In this document: one piece after another, positions 58,881-64,000 of the stretch
Layout of the letters: each line of letters opens with the position of its first letter
Position numbering within the stretch: the stretch's first letter is position 1
DNA from: Elsinoe ampelina
Lineage: Eukaryota
Assembly (NCBI GenBank): GCA_010093995.1
Contig: ML992504.1
Coordinates: 1,330,885 to 1,394,884, forward strand
DNA length: 64,000 bases
Reading direction: 5' to 3'
The notes under the pieces: model-generated
Told to the model about the DNA's origin: nothing
The model's database searches: none
What the model saw: the letters and a program-made list of their open reading frames with translations, nothing else
Position numbers and translations under genes: made by a program

Positions 58881-60400
58881 ATGTCTAGCTCTCTGATTCT
58901 GCTAATCTGGGTGCCTTTTGTGTTTGTTTCGCTACTATATCTAGTTCTCTCGAAGAGGCCAAGAGGAGTCATCTACGACCGCTTCCACAATGCCATCACA
59001 TTCAAAACCCACACGCAACCCGTCGATACCAAAGCGACACCACCCCTGAGCGACAAGTTGACCGAGCTCCAACGCGCCTTTCCGCCCGAGCGACTGTCTA
59101 GCCATAGCAACCAAGCGGCTCTGATTGAGCAACGACTACATGCTCTGCAGGATCCATCGAATTGCGTGCCTGACGATCAAAACGTGTTTGATGAGAAGTA
59201 CCACAGCCGCTTGACACCTACAGGCTTCTCCATGTTCGACATCAAAGCCCTCGGTGACTTTCCAGACTATGCTAAGCTGAGTGGCGTGCCTCTGCCGACC
59301 TCGTACCCAGCATTCGACATTGACAGGGCTCTGCCTCGCCCATACCGTCCATTCCGCTGGGCATACCACCAGACCATGTGTACGTCACCCTCCTTGCCCC
59401 CATCACTCCTCCTAACACCCCACCAGCCCTCACCAAACTCGACCCCGACTGGTGGCTCGAACTCGAATCCACCTACCGCCAACGCATCACCCAACGCCTC
59501 ACCCTGTACACCACCCACGGCTCCTCCGTCCTCCAATCCCTCCCCGGCTCTGAGCTCGCCTGCAAAGAACTCATGGAACTCGCCCTCCTCTTCCTCACCA
59601 CACGGTACCCACACTACTTCACCCTCACCTCCGCCTCCCCCTCCTCCCGCCCAACGCACTTCCACAACCACATCCTCTCCACCACCACCAACCTCCTCAC
59701 CACCCCTCCCCTCCTGACCCTCCTGCACAACATCCCAGAAGACTTCGCCCTCATGCTCCGCTCCCCCTCCACCGGCGCATACCACTTCCGCGCAGGCATA
59801 ATCTGCTCCTCCCTAGGCTGGACCCTAGGGACCAAAATCTCCCTCCCCCTCTCCGCCATCCACGCCCCCGTCCCCGACTACGCCGCGAAAATGGCCATGA
59901 GCATGGACCGCTTCTTCTCGCGCATGCCCTGCGATCGACCCATCCAGCGCGGCTCGTGGGGGTTGGAGAAAGGGACACCGCTCTACCTCCCGCCTGAGGA
60001 CGAGGAGATGGCGACGCGAGGGGACCAGGATCCGGCGTTGGGGGTGGAGGATGTGAATCTTAGGGTCGATTGGCAGACGTTGCGCAGGTTGCCGCTCAGT
60101 GGCGCGGTGTGTTTTAATTTCAAAGCCGTGTTTACGCCGTTGGAGGAGATGAGGGACGAGCCCGGGGTGCCGGCTTTGGTGAGGAGGATACTGGAGGAGG
60201 GGAAGAGGGGGATTATGGAGTATAAGGGCACCAAGGGGGTGGAGCATGTTGTGCTACCTGTGTTGGAGGAGTGGGAGAGGGAGCAGGTCGAGAAGGGAAT
60301 GGTGGATGAGGGGTGGGAGGTGGGGACGTTGGGGGAGGCGCCGTTCTATGAGGGGTGGAGGGCGAGGTGGGAGGGGAGGCAGGGATTTGCGGCGCCGTGA
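58881..60400 (+). CDS. HRQ/DUF3445 (heme-dependent oxidative N-demethylase alpha-like) protein with N-terminal TM segment
   Basis: PRPYRPFRWAYHQTM|SLTKLDPDWWLEL (intron 59380..59426), IPEDFALM, IHAPVPDY, PIQRGSWG, LRVDWQTLRRLPLSGAVCFNFK. Confidence 0.85.
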
Positions 60401-60551
60401 AGATGGGGATGAAGGGGAGGAGAAGGTGGAATATGTTTATACAGTAAAACAGTTGTGCCAAGGGCACGGAGAATATATGTACAGATGGGTTTAATTGAAT
60501 CTTTCTTGCTTCCTGCGCTTGCCCGCGCTTCTCCGAAGTATGTTATACTCC

Positions 60552-62390
60552 CTACGGGAAGCTCAGGTAAACATGCTCCCGACCGACCAGAGCTAGCTGG
60601 TTCTTGGCTGCGTCAGTGTAGAAGAGTACGGCGGACTTGACAGTGCCAGGAATGGTGTCAATACCAAAGTACGAATTCTCAATCGGGAACGATGACTTCG
60701 CGGCCTGAACAGCATAAATATTTGTGAAGGTTGACGCGATCGTGACCTGTGCCGGACCATATGCCAGGGCCTGGATGGTGATGTTGGAGCCGGCAGGAGG
60801 GCTGATACTTGGGATCAAGCCTGACCCCGGAGCAGTGGCGGTGGAGAAGTAGGCATTCGTTTGATTGAAGACACCCCTGTTGACCATGGAGGCGAAGACG
60901 CGTGTCTCATTGGTCCCGTAGGTATAGAGGATGGAGATGGACTTGACGGTAGTGGACCATGGGTCTGTGGACCCGAGACCGGCGGATCCAGGAAAGGTGG
61001 TATCGATGCTCATAGAACTGCCATCGCTGCTTATAAAGTTGGCACGAGCTAGAGCAGTGATGTCAAGATCTGCTAGCCAGGCTGAGAGTATCTTGAACTG
61101 AGGGCGAGGCAAAGTACCAGCGTCGGGTGTGCTCAATGTATAACCATACGAATTGACCAGGTCGTATGTGGCACCGCTTATGGTGGATGTATAGATCTGT
61201 GGATAGCTTGCGACGGTAGCATCAGAGTACAAACCGCAGTAGTAGCCATACTTGGTGCCATTGTTACTGACCGAGAAGGCGTTGAAGTAGTTGCAAGCAT
61301 TGTAGGAGTATGTACCTGCGGCAATTGCGGCAGCCTTGTTGCTGGCGGTCAGAGCAGTACATTGGGCAGCGCAGACGGAGACGTTGTAAGTGCCGGTCTG
61401 GTAATTCTGAGCGAGAAGAACCCTATTGTTGTTGATAGTATTTACGTTGACGGCGCCGGCAAGTCCGACGGGGCCTGTGAAGCCTGACACCGGGGCTGGA
61501 GCAGTGTTCTTGACGTAGCCAGCAGAAGCTGAAATGACGACCATGAATTGCTGTCTCCATTCACCAATATTCTGTGCCTGAGCAGCATTGATCTGGCTGC
61601 CCCATAGAGCACAACGGACTGTGACGCCAGCGGTAGGATCCTGGCAGCTGACACCCGGATCTTGTACAGGGTCTCGCTCGAAATAGATGTTGAAAGACTG
61701 ACAACCGGGAGTCTTGTCGCAGAGGATGGAGCAAGAAGCTGGATCATACGCGCTCAGCTGGTAGTAGGTAAGGTAATTTGTGGCAAACATGGATCCGAAC
61801 TGGTCAGAGAAAGTCCGGGTGTATCCAGCCGGAGGTGTCGCACTTGTGCCAGTGGAAGCCAGAGTCGTGTCAACCAAGAAGCCTCTTGGCGTGTTGACCA
61901 CAGGGGTGTACTGATACAAGCCTTGTTGAGGAGTACATGCGCTGCTTACTTGAGAGATTGCATTGCCAGAGCTAGCGACAGGTGCAGCAAGGATCCCTGG
62001 GCGCACAGTGAAGATCTCCGCTCGCTTACCGACCTTTGGGGTGGCAAGGGGCTTCTTTGGTTTCTTGGTCTTCTTCGCCTTCTTTGTCGTGGTGGTAGTA
62101 GTGGTAGTCTTTGCCTTCTTGCCTGGTTTCTTGGTTGTCGTCGGCCTAGCTGAAGTAGTGAGCGTCGATGCTGTAGTTGTGGTTTCGGCCTCGACTCCAG
62201 AAATTGGTGTTGGCTTGCTCTTTTCGAGCCTAGCTACGATCGAGTTTGCCACTGCTTCTCTGTCGACAGCTGTGTTAGTAGCTGGGGGATCGTCTTGAAG
62301 CTCGGGGTTCTCAGCAATCATAGCGGAGAGGTCGAATGCTCCCACGGTGGCCAGGGCGGCCGCGAACGGCAGTGCTTTGATGAGACGCAT
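60552..62390 (-). CDS. Secreted protein: Lys/Thr-rich N-terminus, two Cys-rich PAN/Apple-like modules and a duplicated C-terminal lectin-like module
   Basis: Signal peptide MRLIKALPFAAALATVGA; YDPASCSILCDKTPGCQSFNIYFERDP and VCAAQC...CNYFNAF modules; two DP/DT..GTVKS..LY motifs. Confidence 0.8.
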   Translation of the reverse strand: MRLIKALPFAAALATVGAFDLSAMIAENPELQDDPPATNTAVDREAVANSIVARLEKSKPTPISGVEAETTTTASTLTTSARPTTTKKPGKKAKTTTTTTTTKKAKKTKKPKKPLATPKVGKRAEIFTVRPGILAAPVASSGNAISQVSSACTPQQGLYQYTPVVNTPRGFLVDTTLASTGTSATPPAGYTRTFSDQFGSMFATNYLTYYQLSAYDPASCSILCDKTPGCQSFNIYFERDPVQDPGVSCQDPTAGVTVRCALWGSQINAAQAQNIGEWRQQFMVVISASAGYVKNTAPAPVSGFTGPVGLAGAVNVNTINNNRVLLAQNYQTGTYNVSVCAAQCTALTASNKAAAIAAGTYSYNACNYFNAFSVSNNGTKYGYYCGLYSDATVASYPQIYTSTISGATYDLVNSYGYTLSTPDAGTLPRPQFKILSAWLADLDITALARANFISSDGSSMSIDTTFPGSAGLGSTDPWSTTVKSISILYTYGTNETRVFASMVNRGVFNQTNAYFSTATAPGSGLIPSISPPAGSNITIQALAYGPAQVTIASTFTNIYAVQAAKSSFPIENSYFGIDTIPGTVKSAVLFYTDAAKNQLALVGREHVYLSFP

Positions 62391-64000
62391 TTCGCAGAGG
62401 GGACGAATGTGAAGCAATTACTGACGGGTAGACGTGGAATCCGAAAATGTGCGGCACCCGGGAGAAGATGATATACATCCCGTGGCTCGATATTGACTCG
62501 TTTAGCCGTTGTGATCAAAAGCCTCTTACAAGACAGTATTCTCTTACTTTGATTCAACGTCAGGGCCAGCCTAGCCGGGATCTGGGCGGACGGGATCGCA
62601 TGTTTCTGGTCTCTCGACCTGTAACGGTCAAGCCGGCCAGTGTTGAATTGGAAGACTCGATCCTTGGTTTTGTTCCTGGTTTTGCGGTGATAATATAGTT
62701 CGCGTTTTCACGCTGTGCAAGTCATGGAAGCCGACCATTCCGACCTTCTTGACACTACGTAGTTGATCAGTGGCACTAGTGCTAGTCCAAGGGTTTGGGG
62801 ATAACCGCGAGGAAGCGGCGAGGAACCTCTTCGTTCTGATTTTGCCGCGGCCGTTTCCATATACCGGTATGTGGCCGGTGGCAGCCGCGGACCACTCCGG
62901 ATCGAGATGTTATTCCGTGGATGATATCGGCCAGACATGCAATCGATTGGCTTGTGTGCCTATCCTCGAATGTTGCAATGGCCCTCGTTAATTTGATATT
63001 TCGGTCTTTCGTCGGATCTAAGCCTAGCCATGACATTGTCCTTACCTGCTTGACACACATGGCTGCACTGACTGATCCGTCCGGATGTCGATTGAAATGA
63101 AATGACATGCCAGGCATAATCGAGCGACGGCTCTCGTATCATGTGGGTCCTAAAGTCGTCCTGTGCCTGGCGACAATGCTCGTGTCCAACGTCGTAGGGC
63201 TGCTTAGGCTCCGGCAAAGACGTTGGGTAAGGCGGGACGTTACTCGATACCACCGGACAGCATAGTAAAATGCCATGAGGGACAGGACCGCCTTTGTAAG
63301 GCTGGCAACGGCGTGCACAGGTGATCGCTCGTCAATTAGCTGGGCAAGACAAATGACGAGAGGCTGGAGTCTCTGCTGTGAAGTCTCACGTTGGAAGTGA
63401 GATGCCGCAACTTTGATCTGCTGGATAGTCTTGCGCGATGAATGCCCGAAGAAAGGGAGGTCAGACCAACCGCGTGTGGTGGACTTGCCAATGTGCTCGA
63501 TACCTGATGTAGTGGATGAGGTGAGAAGTTGGAGGGCAAAATGGGATGATTCGGTTAAATCCGCGGGGTCAATTTAACCAGATCACCCGCCGGCATGCTG
63601 AGAAAGGACCTGCATTGATCATCTTGTGCTGCTCGTCTGCCCCACGGGTTCCTCTTTGCCCCTGGATTACAGGCAATTTACGCAATTTCACTGCAAAGAT
63701 TCTTCTGCTCGTTCGTGTCCGTAGGGCTCCGGAGGGGGAAACGTGTCCATGGCCTACTGCGCTCTTCAACCAGCTCTGCACGCCCGATAAAAGAGCTTCA
63801 GGTAGGCGAGACGGGCAAGTTCAACCTTTTTGCCTCTTGATTCGCTGTGAATTATTCGTCCATACGTCTACAGCAGTTCTTGAATTTGTCGAATGATCGT
63901 CAAGTATCTGTAATTCACCATGGGTTCCACCGGACCACTCTATATCGTAAGAGGCCGATTTTACCCCGCCGCTGTCTAAATTGCTCTCTCTAATCGCGAC

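Noticed and set aside
62400..64000. Short ORFs at the right end, possibly a decayed gene
   Set aside because: No family motif or supportable exon structure.

Overview
Gene-dense, intron-containing eukaryotic DNA from a filamentous ascomycete (Pezizomycotina; Dothideomycete-like is my inference, not demonstrated). Introns are mostly about 50 nt, GT..CTRAC..YAG. I can support about 35 protein-coding loci: sulfate permease, MED22, IWR1, two isochorismatase-family genes, an ENT nucleoside transporter, DHFR, SFC1, twinfilin, a RING-PHD protein, RPL43, a saccharopine-dehydrogenase-like gene, a TPT-family transporter, eIF5, THI6, D-amino-acid oxidase, SEC2, an NAD(P)-binding epimerase-like gene, a class-3 lipase, kinesin-14, LOA1, TLG2, calmodulin, a Cid1-family polymerase, PDCD5, an HRQ/DUF3445 gene, two secreted Cys-module proteins and a six-member tandem F-box array. 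I recognised no rRNA, tRNA, CRISPR or transposon. The most notable observations are: (1) an in-frame TAG at an expected Trp codon in an otherwise intact isochorismatase gene (candidate A-to-I stop-codon correction or readthrough), with a weaker second case in the Cid1-family gene; (2) a convergent, partly decaying six-gene F-box array; (3) about nine intragenic C-rich to G-rich skew switches; (4) two poor-context uORFs on eIF5; (5) a 423-nt in-frame exitron in kinesin-14; (6) a candidate GUG start for SEC2. Gene names come from recalled family motifs; no database search was run.
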